Assembly (NCBI GenBank): GCA_024626585.2
Contig: JANKJI020000002.1
Location: 96,621,736 to 96,656,067 of the forward strand
Direction: 5' to 3'
From: Ginkgo biloba
Lineage: Eukaryota; Plantae; Ginkgophyta
Length of the DNA: 34,332 nt
The notes under the pieces are model-generated. The model saw only the letters and a program-made list of their open reading frames with translations. It did no database searches and had not been told where the DNA came from. Each line of letters opens with the position of its first letter. The first letter of the stretch is position 1. The position numbers were made by a program, and so were the translations under genes. Positions 22,152 to 34,332 of the stretch are shown piece by piece.

Positions 22152-22640
22152 AAAATACTTTGGACTAAATGGTCTCCCTTTAGACCTCTCTTATAAAATA
22201 TCATGTTGATATTTTATAAGAGAAGGTTTATAAAGACTGTTTAAAACCTTTATAAAAGGAGAATTTATCCACGGAAGCATAAATGCAAGTTTTCTTTCCT
22301 AGATTTTCAAAATCAAATATTCAACACCAATAACTTTGTACAAAGTTTGGTATAAAATTTACTCAAAATACTCACCCACGAGTTGAAATTCTTGTTGTAG
22401 TATATCATTTAACCTAAATGAAACACTTTTATACAACATAAAAGAATCTATTGTTGTATATTTGTAGTATAAAATATAATGCATACCATTCATCTAGAAA
22501 AGAAAAGGGCAATGAATATCAAATTAGAGATTAGTAGAGCCTACAACAGGATGAGATGCATGTTCATCCTATTCATAATTAAAATACTTGTGGTTCAATA
22601 AGTTAGGTCTTCAATGTATAGCCAACCACATCTCAATAAG
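22152..22640 (+). mobile_element. Decayed L1-type LINE reverse transcriptase, N-terminal part
   Basis: KYFGLNGLP, GSINASF, TPITLYKVWYKI, KILTHELKFLL*YII*PK*NTFI and AMNIKLEISRAYNRM match KSPGPDG, RPISLCNV.YKI, SK.LA.RLK and KLD..KAYDRV. Confidence 0.85.
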
Positions 22641-24031
22641 TGATCCAAAACCNNNNNNNNNNAAGAATGTGTATGATGGAAGTGAATTAAAATAAACATA
22701 AATCGCATTCATAAATTATGATCATATGTAAAATATTACTTTTATTACAAAAAGAAAATGATATGCTTTACAAATATTTACATCAAGTTTCCAAGTTGAA
22801 TCAAGGTCCGCAAATTTACAAATCTTAATCTCCCTTATAGTGGGATATTATAGTGCACAAAATTAGTGCTTCACACAAGGATTGACTTACAATTTATAAA
22901 ATAGAACCTTAATCTTAAATCTCTCTTGTAAAATGAAATATGCAAGAGAAGAAATACAGAATTTTCTTTGCATTTTATTGCACTAGGTTTTTTTCAAGTT
23001 TTTCCATTTTTTATAGTAATCAAAAGAACTTCTACTTATAAGATCTAGTGAGATTTTATAAATTTCCCTCTATAACTATTGATGAAATTAAATAATTGTT
23101 TGTTTTAACTTCTTGGTTAAATAAAGTTAATGTGGGTACTATTCAAGTTATGAAGGAACTCCTATGGAGGATAAGCTAGAGTATAAAATGGCTCTAAGTG
23201 GTTTGGTGCAAGTTTAGGTCTCTTCTTTTATCATTTGTCAATTCCTTTTAAAATTTTATAACATATCTTAGCACTACACTTTAGTTCGCACCATTGATCT
23301 GTCAAAGTCAATCTTAGTTATTGATCTACCAGAGCCATTTTATTATTTTTATAACTTGGCATGAGTTTATGATTCCTTCAATATAGTTGATCATGGTAGA
23401 ATAATATCATCTATTGATTAAAGTCTCTTGTTATCTTAAGATCTTTTTGTTACTTTAGGTCTTCTTTGTATTCTTACAAGTCTTCCTAACTTAATAACTT
23501 GCTCTAGTGCAACTTTAACTTTTATTGAAATTTGGTTGAATTTCCAAGCCTATAGAAGTATGATTTCGTCAAACTGATGTGGGATTCTAGAAATCCACTT
23601 TTATGGAGATTATTAATTACTCAAGTTATTTTCCTTAGAATCCATCATGGTAATGGACAAATTGCTTGAATATTAGTGTTTACTTGAGTTGGTCTAAAAA
23701 ATTGTTGCATTTTATAGTATCCTTCACTATTTTATAGTTTCCTTAAATGGGATTTCCTTCTTACCAAAAAGCATAGAACTTCAATATTTCAAAGTGAAAA
23801 TTGGCCATATGGTCACTCAAATTATAGAATTTGGACCTTTTCAAGGGATATACCCCTATGACCCAGCTAGGGTGTTTTGTCTTGGACTCTATTGGTAATT
23901 TTGTTCCTATATATGACAATTACCAATATGATTTTTAAACCAATTTGTAGCAATTATTATATTCCTACCACTACAAAATTAAATTCAACAATCATTCCTT
24001 ATACTTTAGATCTAACCCAGATAAATGCTCA
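22641..24031. mobile_element. ~1.4-kb insertion splitting the LINE RT; solo-LTR candidate
   Basis: Non-coding block beginning TG (22641) and ending CA (24031), located where RT motifs are interrupted. Flanks ataag / aataa are only an imperfect TSD. Confidence 0.45.
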
Positions 24032-24039
24032 AATAAATA

Positions 24040-24900
24040 GTCTTGATAAATGGATCCATGATATTTATTTATTCTTTTAATTTCAAAGAGTATAAATTAA
24101 GGATGCCCCCTTTCTCCTAGAATATTTATCTCAATCAAATTATTTTGTTACTCACTTGATAAAGGAGAAAAATAATTCTAAGATCCTAAATTTGTGTTGG
24201 TAGAAAGGAATATGAATCTTATAACCCACCAAGAATTTACAAATGGGGCAATCCTATTTGATTTTAAAAAATTAAGAGAATCCATAATATTAAAAATAAC
24301 TATAGACATGTATCTTAAAGTCTTGGGAGAAAAAATAATCATAGAGAAAATATAACTACAATGTTACAATATTTCAAAGCATATTAAAGAATAAATAGTA
24401 TTCATCTAGGAAATTGATCTTAGGGATAGTATAAACCATTTACAATACCTTGAGGTTTTCCTTGCAATAAAAAGACACATTGGGATCCTATTATAGGAAA
24501 GTTTTAAAAAATGGTAAGTTCTTGGATAAGAAAAAATTTCTCCTTAGTAGGAAGAGTTATTCTTATAAAATCAATGTTAAGCTTAATCCCAATTATACAT
24601 GTAGTGCTTTTGGGATCCCGAATAAGAAGTTTGAGGGTTTTTTTAAATATCATAAACAAATTCTTTTGGAAAGGATCTAGATATGAGAAGAAGGAATACA
24701 AACTAGTAAGATGGGACCACACAACCAAACTTAACAATCATAATGGTTTAGGCATACAAGATCCATTAATGACAAATGTAATCTTAGGGATAAAAAGTAG
24801 TTGGTTATTGTAGAAGGAAGAAGAAAGACCTTATAGCAAGATGATAATAAAAAAATACTGTGGTTGTGCAAGTTCTAGAAATATAACCATTGTTTAAATA
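24040..24900 (+). mobile_element. Decayed L1-type LINE RT, C-terminal part and post-RT region
   Basis: LINGS...SKSIN*GCPLSPRIF (RQG.PLSP motif), then HWDPII, SWIRKNFSLVGRVILIKSMLSLIP, NKFFWKG, LVRWD and NGLGIQD. Confidence 0.9.
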
Positions 24901-26014
24901 GAAGGAAGGTTAGAGGATCTATACTATAGCAACATCTTAAGAAAACCCTTGAATTTAAAAAAAAAAAGAATGATATTATTGTATAGAAATTCCTAGTAGA
25001 TGTTACCTTTAAAAAAAGTAGGAGGGAATAGTCCAACACTTATGTTAGGACTATTAAAGGACCTAATTAAGTTGCTAACACCTTGAGTCTCTTACGAATA
25101 TCATCCACCATTTCCAAAAATTCACAAGGGTGTAATGGTTTTTCAATCAATGAGAAAGAGGAAGTTATGCTAAAGAAAAATCTATCTTTATATGGATGTG
25201 GCATATTGAACCTAGACAAATAATTGACGAATATAAATATCAAATAACCTTATGGTTGTCAATAGCATAAAAAGTTTCAATCTTGTCTATACTTAAGTCT
25301 ACGACAAGATCTAATCAATAATCTATGAAATAGAATTACTATGATATAATAAATTAAGAATTAGGAAATGATATAAAGAAGAAAGGAAAAGACTCCAAAT
25401 ATTATAAATCAAGTTACTATCTTAGATGTCCAAAGGCTTGGCCTATTATAAGATCCCTTAAAAGGTTGATACTAGAATTGCAATCTTTACTCTATTATAA
25501 TTGATTTAATTATTTTAATAATAATAATAATTTAAAATTGGATGTGGGTGTAAAGACATGGAAGGGAAGGAAAACTACAATAAAGGAAATTCAAAATACA
25601 AGATAGAATCTAGTTGCAACATGAAACCAAATGAAATTAGATGGTAAAGGTGGTCTTAAAACCCATAAAGGTAATCCAAATAAATGAAAAACTATGTATA
25701 ATTGAAAGTGNNNNNNNNNNNNNNNNNNNNNNNNNNNNNNNNNNNNNNNNNNNNNNNNNNNNNNNNNNNNNNNNNNNNNNNNNNNNNNNNNNNNNNNNNN
25801 NNNNNNNNNNTTTTAAAAGGAACAAGGAAAAAGGGTAGTAGATCTAAAGGAAGTAATAAAAATGTTTATGCACCATTTCTAATCTATTTTTACCTTCATC
25901 GGGATTTCTCCTAATAGTCATGTAACAATTCATAAATGCTTGGAATTTGTACCTAGAAGAGGGTCAGAATCACAAGCTAAACTTTTGTATCTATATATTA
26001 ATCTTTTAGAGCTT

Positions 26015-26110
26015 AAATAAGCACTATGGTCCATAATAGAGGAGAAATCACTAAGTGGTGATGGTCTTCCAATAGAGTTTTATAAAACTTGCAAGGAAGT
26101 TATCATGCAT
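26015..26110 (+). mobile_element. Short LINE RT N-terminal fragment
   Basis: ALWSIIEEKSLSGDGLPIEFYKTCKEVI resembles AL.SM...KSPGPDG.P.EFYK..W..I. An NVYAP motif at 25861 may be a linked endonuclease remnant. Confidence 0.65.
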
Positions 26111-27704
26111 AAGGGGTGTGGAAAGAGCCCTTGGACTTTCAAATCTCCCAGATACTATCCCATGGTCTTAAGTCTTAGGGGGCACTATCTAATGGGAAAA
26201 TTCTTACAACAATGGTCATTTTAATTCAAAAGGGTCGCCAATTTTTTTGTTGTTTGGAGAGCATGGGAATTTATAAGAAGATTAATTCAATTGCATGGAG
26301 ATGATCCTAGAAAAGGGTTGTTCGCTCCTAGTGATTCATTATGGTGGGGGGGGGGTGGACCTTGCATGAACTCCAAGAATTTGATATAGCGTATATCCTA
26401 AGTAATCTAAAATCTAGTTATAAGGGGATTTCTATAGTGTTACACTTGGAATAAACAAGTGGACTAGTTGTATTCTTGGCAAATGGGGATTACTTAATAC
26501 TCATGGCGTTATATTGTACAATTTGTTAAGAGCAATTCCTCAAGATATAAAAAATAAAGTGTATTTGTATAATGGTGGAAAGTTTGGAATTGATTGCATA
26601 AAACTCCCTTCTTACATTTTTAGTGAAGAAAGGCCCATTATTCTTATATCCATTTGTTGGCATTCAATAATGTTGTAATAAGGTTTGGAAGTGATCAGAT
26701 TTGGAACAGGGCTAAGAAGTAAGATTAAGCACAATATGGAAGATCAACACTAAGGGAATAAAGAAGTTGATGCTTTGGANNNNNNNNNNNNNNNNNNNNN
26801 NNNNNNNNNNNNNNNNNNNNNNNNNNNNNNNNNNNNNNNNNNNNNNNNNNNNNNNNNNNAATAATATACATTTATTTTGTGGTAGCGCAAAAGATCAAGC
26901 CATCTAGAATAGGCATATGGGATATGCAAAGGGAAATTTTTTTCACCCATGCAGTGGAATATGGATTTTCTCAAGAATACATATGCCCTTGATAGAGGAT
27001 TATTCAAGTTTGGCACTTGTTTCCGATGGAGCCCTTATGGACAATATGGATTCTTAAAATTCATACTAATCCTTATATTACTTTATTAATTCANNNNNNN
27101 NNNNNNNNNNNNNNNNNNNNNNNNNNNNNNNNNNNNNNNNNNNNNNNNNNNNNNNNNNNNNNNNNNNNNNNNNNNNNNNNNNNNNNNNNNNNNNNNNNNN
27201 NNNNNNNNNNNNNNNNNNNNNNNNNNNNNNNNNNNNNNNNNNNNNNNNNNNNNNNNNNNNNNNNNNNNNNNNNNNNNNNNNNNNNNNNNNNNNNNNNNNN
27301 NNNNNNNNNNNNNNNNNNNNNNNNNNNNNNNNNNNNNNNNNNNNNNNNNNNNNNNNNNNNNNNNNNNNNNNNNNNNNNNNNNNNNNNNNNNNNNNNNNNN
27401 NNNNNNNNNNNNNNNNNNNNNNNNNNNNNNNNNNNNNNNNNNNNNNNNNNNNNNNNNNNNNNNNNNNNNNNNNNNNNNNNNNNNNNNNNNNNNNNNNNNN
27501 NNNNNNNNNNNNNNNNNNNNNNNNNNNNNNNNNNNNNNNNNNNNNNNNNNNNNNNNNNNNNNNNNNNNNNNNNNNNNNNNNNNNNNNNNNNNNNNNNNNN
27601 NNNNNNNNNNNNNNNNNNNNNNNNNNNNNNNNNNNNNNNNNNNNNNNNNNNNNNNNNNNNNNNNNNNNNNNNNNNNNNNNNNNNNNNNNNNNNNAGTTCA
27701 TCAT

Positions 27705-27815
27705 ATTAATTAAGGGGTGGTCGCTCTGACATCTAATGTTTTTAATATATAATAATAGATTAATTAGGGGGTGGTTAATTTGACATCCAATACTTTTGGT
27801 ATATAGTAATAAATA
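27705..27815 (+). repeat. 54-bp tandem repeat (2 visible copies) adjoining a ~600-nt gap
   Basis: attaatta(a/g)ggggtggt...tgacatc.aat...atata.taata starts at 27705 and 27759. Confidence 0.85.
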
Positions 27816-28881
27816 TTGCATTTAATAATTTTGCATCTCCCAATGTCACCTCTCACTACTTGTTTTCTTTGTTGTGCAATTTATCTTTTGAAGATGGATG
27901 CCCAGTTGGAGTCTCATACACTAGTAATTGATATGTTACATAATATATTGTAGGAAATTCAAGAGGCATATATTGAGAGTATTGTAAAATTAAAATTTGG
28001 CTAAGCAAAACCATTGCATGAGATTACATGTAATAATGCCACGACAAGATGTCTAAGAAAATGCATTAGACAAGATCTTAATATGCTACTAGTAGACTAA
28101 GAGGAATTAGTGGGGTTAGTGACTCTTGAAAGTGTGTTGGTAGGTTAATTAAACAATTACTAGAATGGGTAATTTTGGCACAGATAAAGGGTGGTTGGTT
28201 TACATGTAACATTTGTAATGTTATACATAGTTTGAGTTTTGTTTTATTTTTTGAAGAACCCCCCATACTATAATATGATGTACAATCTCTCTTTTGTAAT
28301 ATAAAAGGGCTCATTTCTACAACCAAAAGAAAGGATTCATGGCATATGCTCATGTTCCTCTTTTGTTGCTCTACTTATAAGATTAAAAATAAATGTATTG
28401 TACAAAACCTCTCAATGCCTCGTGTCATATACATGAGAAAATTAGTATCATTGCATAATATTTTGGTGCGCGATTAAGTATTGGATCCTAACTACCCTCT
28501 TCCACCACATTAATGATTAAAGTAAAAACATATGCAATCTTATTCTATTACAAATCAACATGGCTACTCACCTAAATAACATAAGAAAAATGAGCAAATA
28601 ACACTTATGTGATTAATATTACAAAATGAGCTAACTAAAGAGAAAATTGCACACTTTCAAGATGTTCATTTTTCACGAATCCATAAAATCCATAAACACC
28701 TATGCATCTTAGAAACATACAAAGGTATGAATAATGTGGTGATTTGTATATAACCTTAATCTGATGGATTTTAAAAATCCATGTAACATGTCTTCTAAAA
28801 GATGCATATGCCCTTTATGTTAGGTTTCAAGATGCATAGCATATAATCTAGCCTAAGATAATTTCTCTTATGTTTGATCTA

Positions 28882-29180
28882 TTTGGAAGATTAGAAATCA
28901 TTCATGTGTAAACCTTGATACTTAATATCATATGCAATGTAATTTAATATTGTATATAACGTAATTTAGTATGTCATGAAAGGATGCCATTGCTTGTAGA
29001 TTTTTTTTGGAAGATTAGAAATAATTCATCTATATAAACCTTAATACCTAATATCACATACCAATGTAATTTAATATCACACATAATGTCATTTAGCCTC
29101 TCATATAGGGATGCCATTTAGCCTCTCATATAGGGATGTCATTGCTTACAAATTTTGTTTGGAAGATTAAAAATATTTTT
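28882..29180 (+). repeat. ~124-bp tandem repeat (2 copies plus the start of a third) with an internal 25-bp duplication, running into a gap
   Basis: tttggaagatta recurs at 28882, 29006 and 29158. atg(t/c)catttagcctctcatataggg is doubled at 29086-29135. Confidence 0.88.
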
Positions 29181-29623
29181 NNNNNNNNNNNNNNNNNNNN
29201 NNNNNNNNNNNNNNNNNNNNNNNNNNNNNNNNNNNNNNNNNNNNNNNNNNNNNNNNNNNNNNNNNNNNNNNNNNNNNNNNNNNNNNNNNNNNNNNNNNNN
29301 NNNNNNNNNNNNNNNNNNNNNNNNNNNNNNNNNNNNNNNNNNNNNNNNNNNNNNNNNNNNNNNNNNNNNNNNNNNNNNNNNNNNNNNNNNNNNNNNNNNN
29401 NNNNNNNNNNNNNNNNNNNNNNNNNNNNNNNNNNNNNNNNNNNNNNNNNNNNNNNNNNNNNNNNNNNNNNNNNNNNNNNNNNNNNNNNNNNNNNNNNNNN
29501 NNNNNNNNNNNNNNNNNNNNNNNNNNNNNNNNNNNNNNNNNNNNNNNNNNNNNNNNNNNNNNNNNNNNNNNNNNNNNNNNNNNNNNNNNNNNNNNNNNNN
29601 NNNNNNNNNTTTTTAAGGCTTGG

Positions 29624-30045
29624 GCACTTAGTTTTGAACACATTGCTTAAATGATGACTCCCACATGTTTAGGCCATGATTTCTACTTTTTAATGGGGAT
29701 GTAAAAGCTTATAGATTTTTTTGAACAAGCATATATTACATATAAAAAATGTGGCTTTGTGCACTTGTTTATACACATTACTTAAATAATGACTCCCACA
29801 TGTTTAGGCCATGATTTCTACCTTTTTAATGGGGATGTAATTTAAGCTTTATAGATTTTTTTGAACAAGTATATATTATACATAAAAAAATGTGGCTAAC
29901 CCTTTTTGGGGCTTTGCACGAGTAGGAATTGTACATTAATAATTACTCCTATTTTGCATGCACTTGGTTTTGTACACATTTTTTAAGTGACGACTCCCAC
30001 ATGTTTAGCCTCTGATTTCTACCTTTTTAATACAAATATAAGCTT
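29624..30045 (+). repeat. ~135-bp tandem repeat (2 full copies plus a displaced partial third)
   Basis: gactcccacatgtttag recurs at 29656, 29791 and 29992, with matching flanks gcactt...acacatt and tgatttctac.ttttt. Confidence 0.9.
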
Positions 30046-31751
30046 AATTAGATGCTCATGTAAGAGACATTGATTGCCTTTGAGCCACATGTTATAACCA
30101 AAATTGTCTAGTTCATAATTCTGATTTAGCGCTGAATGAGCAAAATTTACAACCATTAGAGAAATGGTGAGCTACTCTCCAAGAGCATTGTTATTCACAT
30201 AATTTTATATGGTATACTCTCTTTCTAAACCTCTTGACACCTAATATTAAAATACGGCCTAAACGGTTAGAGGGACAAATAGCCACTTAACACGGATTTG
30301 CAAACATGCAAGGGAAAAAAAAATAGGGAATACCTCAAAAGAGGATCAACCTTTAATTAACTATAAAGTATAATTATATACATGTTGGATATATCATAAA
30401 GAGAGATTGCTGACTGCTTCTAGAAATTTTACTACAACAAGGTTAGAATACTCAATGTGTCACCACTAGGTCCTGACAGATTAGTCATTGCTCTCACTAG
30501 CGGTTGAGTGTTAGGGTTGTTAGGCACATTGAGGAGTTAACCTAAAGACTAATAGGCTAGCGATCAACGCATGATTATACGATAGTCATGTACATAGCAT
30601 AATAAGAATAAAAGTGCATCATTCGATAGAGATAAAACATTACTTAGCTATTATTATACATGTAGAAGTAGATAAATAGGAAAAATTATTATGTGTATTA
30701 CTTGCTTGATGTTTACATAGAAGTGAATATACAATAAATTTATTAGATTAGATGATACATGATGATGTTCTTCCCATTTGAGCTTACAATATATATAGAA
30801 GTGATTAGGACTAGGCTTTAAAGGAGGTGTTGTTACAAAATAAAGGAGTGCGCCCCTTTTTACATAACTAATCTGTTCAAATTTTGCTAACAGACTATTC
30901 ACGAATTTTTACTTCTATCATTCATCAAAAAACAGTGAGTCATTCGATGAACAATAGTGAGTTGTTCGTCGAACAATCATAGTCATTCAATGAATGAGAC
31001 TTCTTATTTTTGTTGTTTTTACTGTTGTTATATTTTGCTGCTACCTGTTGTTATGTTTTACCCCATCAACATCATGCCCAGACTTTTTCATTTGAACATC
31101 CTCCTTCAAAAATTTTTGATACTCTGTCATTGCCACCTCTGCCCCCTAAAAAATTTAGCTTTCTCATTTTAAGATCGGTATCTTGATTTTATGTTTTTTC
31201 AGTAATGCCTCCAACTATTCATTCTTCCATTATATAAATTCCATATCCTCAACTATGGTCACCATCTNNNNNNNNNNNNNNNNNNNNNNNNNNNNNNNNN
31301 NNNNNNNNNNNNNNNNNNNNNNNNNNNNNNNNNNNNNNNNNNNNNNNNNNNNNNNNNNNNNNNNNNNGTTTTGGAAATTCTCATCAAACTAATGGCACAA
31401 CCAATGGAAGTAAATGTAAATTATCATCAACGTAGCTTTGTATTGTTTTCTTCCACTTTATGGATAATTTATATGAGATTGTACATGTTTGAAAAAATCT
31501 TATCAGTAATCGTCATTTTCTACTCCCGAAAGAAAGAAAACAGGGCAGCTATACTTTGATAAGAGTAATGGAGGAATTATTATTTCGTTTTGGAAGTAAC
31601 GCTTAACCATTTTCTTGTCAATTATCAAATGCTATTGATAAAATAATCCTGACATTTCTCTTAAAACGAAATTCTTGAAGATAATCGGATACATTATACA
31701 CATAACCAATGAGCAAATGGCTTTACTCAAAATGAGATTAGATGAACATAA

Positions 31752-31762
31752 TTTATTTATTT
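31752..31762 (-). terminator. Candidate polyadenylation signal (AATAAATAAA) of the glycine-rich protein gene
   Basis: Plus-strand tttatttattt reads aaataaataaa on the minus strand, ~135 nt past the stop codon. Confidence 0.45.
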
Positions 31763-31895
31763 AGTGCTCAGAAGATTGGCTGCAACGAAGAATCCACTCT
31801 CATACATAAATCGTTGTCTCTAGAACCTCGACGAATGATATTTAAATTAAGATTAATACAATTATACGCGTCCATTAGAGCTATAATTTAATCGC

Positions 31896-32388
31896 TCAGT
31901 TGCCTCCTACATTGTCGATGGTTTTAACTGGGACATCAGCTTCTCCACCAATGCCACCACCGCCTCCAAATCCTCCGCCTTTGCCAATTCCACCACCAAA
32001 ACCTCCTCCGTGACCTCCCCCAAATCCTCCTCCTTTTCCGTGCCCACCTCCAAACCCACCGCCAATTCCACCACCATTCCCTACCCCGCCTCCAATTCCG
32101 CCGCCTTTGCCAATTCCACCACCAAAACCTCCTCCGTGACCTCCTCCAAATCCTCCGCCTTTGCCAATCCCACCTCCGTGCCCTCCTCCAAACCCGCCAC
32201 CAATTCCACCACCAAATCCTCCACTGTGACCACCACCAAACCCACCGCCAATGCCGCCACCATTCCCTATCCCTCCACCAATTCCTCCGCCCTTACCACC
32301 ACCCCCACCAATTCCGCCGCCAATGCCGCCAATGCCTCCACCCTTGCCTATTCCCCCACCAATTCCGCCGCCAATGCCGCCGCCCTTA
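31896..32388 (-). CDS. Glycine-rich (GGGX)n protein, probable cell-wall structural GRP; 5' end lost in gap
   Basis: 163 open codons: ...KGGGIGGGIGGGIGKGGG...GGGFGGGHGGGFGGGIGKGGGFGGGGGIGGEADVPVKTIDNVGGN* (TGA at 31898-31896). Third positions of the GGN codons vary freely while GG is fixed, which identifies this strand or its poly-Pro mirror as the coding frame. The clean non-repetitive tail, stop and downstream AATAAA favour the Gly reading. Confidence 0.88.
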
Positions 32389-32909
32389 NNNNNNNNNNNN
32401 NNNNNNNNNNNNNNNNNNNNNNNNNNNNNNNNNNNNNNNNNNNNNNNNNNNNNNNNNNNNNNNNNNNNNNNNNNNNNNNNNNNNNNNNGATAAGAAGAGT
32501 ATTAATAAGGTAATAGGATTTAAGGACATATTTTATCCTCCTATGAACTAACTTGATATGTACATGGAACTATAGAGCGAAGGGAAAGGAAAGTTGAATT
32601 GAAGCTCAATCTCTCTATTATTGTATTATTTGGATAATACAATGGTTTCTTTCCCAGATGACCTCATCTCTAGAATTCTTATTCACTAGTTATGCATGCA
32701 TGCCATTGGTGGAGATGTAGGGTACTTAAAAAGCATAAGGACCTATCACCTAAAGTATCCCTATATTTCATATACCTTTATTGTTTATCTTTGTTTGCCT
32801 CATCTTCTAATATGGAAACAAATATTGATTCCTTTGGTAACATCAATAGTGACCACATAACAAATAATTAAAATAAATCAATATAAGAGATTGGAAAAAA
32901 CTCCTCATT

Positions 32910-33073
32910 GATGTGAATTTTTAGGATCTTGGCAAAAATATCCAAACCCTTTTAGTAATATGGGCTAATGGAATATTTGATGGTAACTCCCTTAGATGAG
33001 CATTTTTAGGAGCTTGGCAAAGATATCCAAACTCAACTAGCAATATGCCTAATGGAATATTTGATGGTAACTC
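32910..33073 (+). repeat. 85-bp tandem duplication (2 copies)
   Basis: gatg.g.atttttagga.cttggcaaa.atatccaaac...ctaatggaatatttgatggtaactc starts at 32910 and 32995. Confidence 0.92.
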
Positions 33074-34332
33074 TTTTCCATCATCCTTTTTCCTAGGTAA
33101 TAACTATGCACTACCTCTTTATATATAGGCTTAGTTATAACAATAATTATATATCTAGCTCTATGCACTTTTGTAATGATTTTCTCTTGCTTCAATCCTA
33201 TTTAGTCCAATTTATATGGGACTTAGTCCAAGGTTCTACACAATGTTCATAAGTGAGCTCTGTACCATCATCACTTACTATTTATTTAAAGATTGATTAT
33301 GTCCATGTAAGGAACAATCATAAAGTCTCAGTATTAAAAGATAACTAGAGGCATCCTGGACTTAAGGAATACATTACAACAAACATATGGAGTGCAAATT
33401 TATATAGGAAGGTTATTTAAAGCATGGATTAAACTACATTAAGAGCTAGGGAGCTTTCTTATGATGATAAGATATTTAATAACTTAGTAACGAGATGTGA
33501 GAAATAGGATATATATGAAATGAATTAAGATGATTTTTATTTAATATAAATTGGGACCAAAATAGGTGTATTGGACATTTATAAGATTCATCATTATAGT
33601 AGAAACTTTCTATGCTCTCAATTTGTATGAGGATTTTTAAGCGGTGTCAATATTTAGCAAGCTTTCTATGTTATTTACTTTAGCTATGATGTTACAAAAT
33701 TGTCTTAATTATTTAGGATGGTTGGGCATTATAGAAAGGGACATTATTTAACTTCTACTTTGTTTGTATTACATGTATCTATACAGTCTATATTGTAAGA
33801 ATGGGCATATGGACAACTATACAATCAGCCTGCACGGTTTGCATAGATGGCCGTACTGTCAATTCTTATGGTCTGCTGACATCATCCTTGATACAATGTT
33901 GCCGTGTCATCAAGGAACTACCATATCAACATTATTAGGTTGCCACATCATGTTGCTGTCATTTCATCCTTGTACTACATTGGAAACTTGCCTTTAACTT
34001 GCTAGAGTTGGCTTTGACTTGGTAAAATCGACATGACTTGCTGGAATTTCCATCAAATATTAGATTTTGGTATATTTTCATTATGTTGCAAATATTTTAC
34101 TAGAAAGCCTCATAGCCCCAAGTTGGTTTCTACTTGGAGCATTTTCTCCATATCTCTTGTAGCATCAATGTGCTCTAAGATTACCTTCACCAACATTGGA
34201 CTCACTAACTTCAATTCCCCCTAGGCTAGGTTTGGGTGTGCTCGAAGTAGCTCATAGTGGAGGCTGAGCATCATATCCATAGGGACCAATGGATCTGCAC
34301 GTTTGCTCTTGTTGAAATTAGATATTAGAATT

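Noticed and set aside
26400-27090. Possible gypsy RNase H/integrase remnants (AYGICKGKFF resembling H.GICGGHF)
   Set aside because: Too degenerate and gap-interrupted to support a call.
27017-29654. Long ORFs of 150-247 aa in the track (and the other X-filled ORFs across the window)
   Set aside because: Artefacts of translating through N gaps.
32010-32513. + strand Ser/Thr-rich (167 aa) and poly-Pro extensin-like (80 aa) ORFs, and the - strand Val/Glu/Ala ORF 32081-32263
   Set aside because: Shadow frames of the GGN-codon repeat. They have no signal peptide or SPPPP/Tyr extensin motifs, while the Gly frame has a proper tail, stop and poly(A) signal.

Overview
AT-rich, CpG-depleted eukaryotic genomic DNA from a gappy scaffold (many N-runs, most of them about 100 nt and probably placeholders of unknown true size). 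The retroelement types, the 3.4-kb TE-filled intron and the gene types point to a large-genome land plant, possibly a gymnosperm (inference only). Two host genes can be supported. (1) A spliced + strand gene, CDS 4193-4537 joined in phase 0 to 7898-8608 (351 aa), ends in a transmembrane helix plus a 15-aa tail KTFTCQEKYHILVPT*. This is the hallmark of a plant KASH outer-nuclear-membrane (LINC complex) protein, but I recognise no WIP, SINE1/2 or TIK domain in its N-terminus. Upstream lie a probable 5'UTR intron, a 19-bp hairpin and a uORF. (2) A - strand (GGGX)n glycine-rich protein gene (31896-32388) whose 5' end is lost in a gap and which the ORF track misses. The rest is a nest of decayed retroelements and several short tandem duplications. 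The retroelements are L1-type LINE ORF1, endonuclease and RT fragments, an Athila/Tat-like integrase followed by an extra 3' ORF, a Ty3/gypsy gag, and LTR-like pieces. No rRNA, tRNA, CRISPR or prokaryote-like system was seen. The best candidate for something undescribed is the atypical KASH gene and its regulatory and splicing features.
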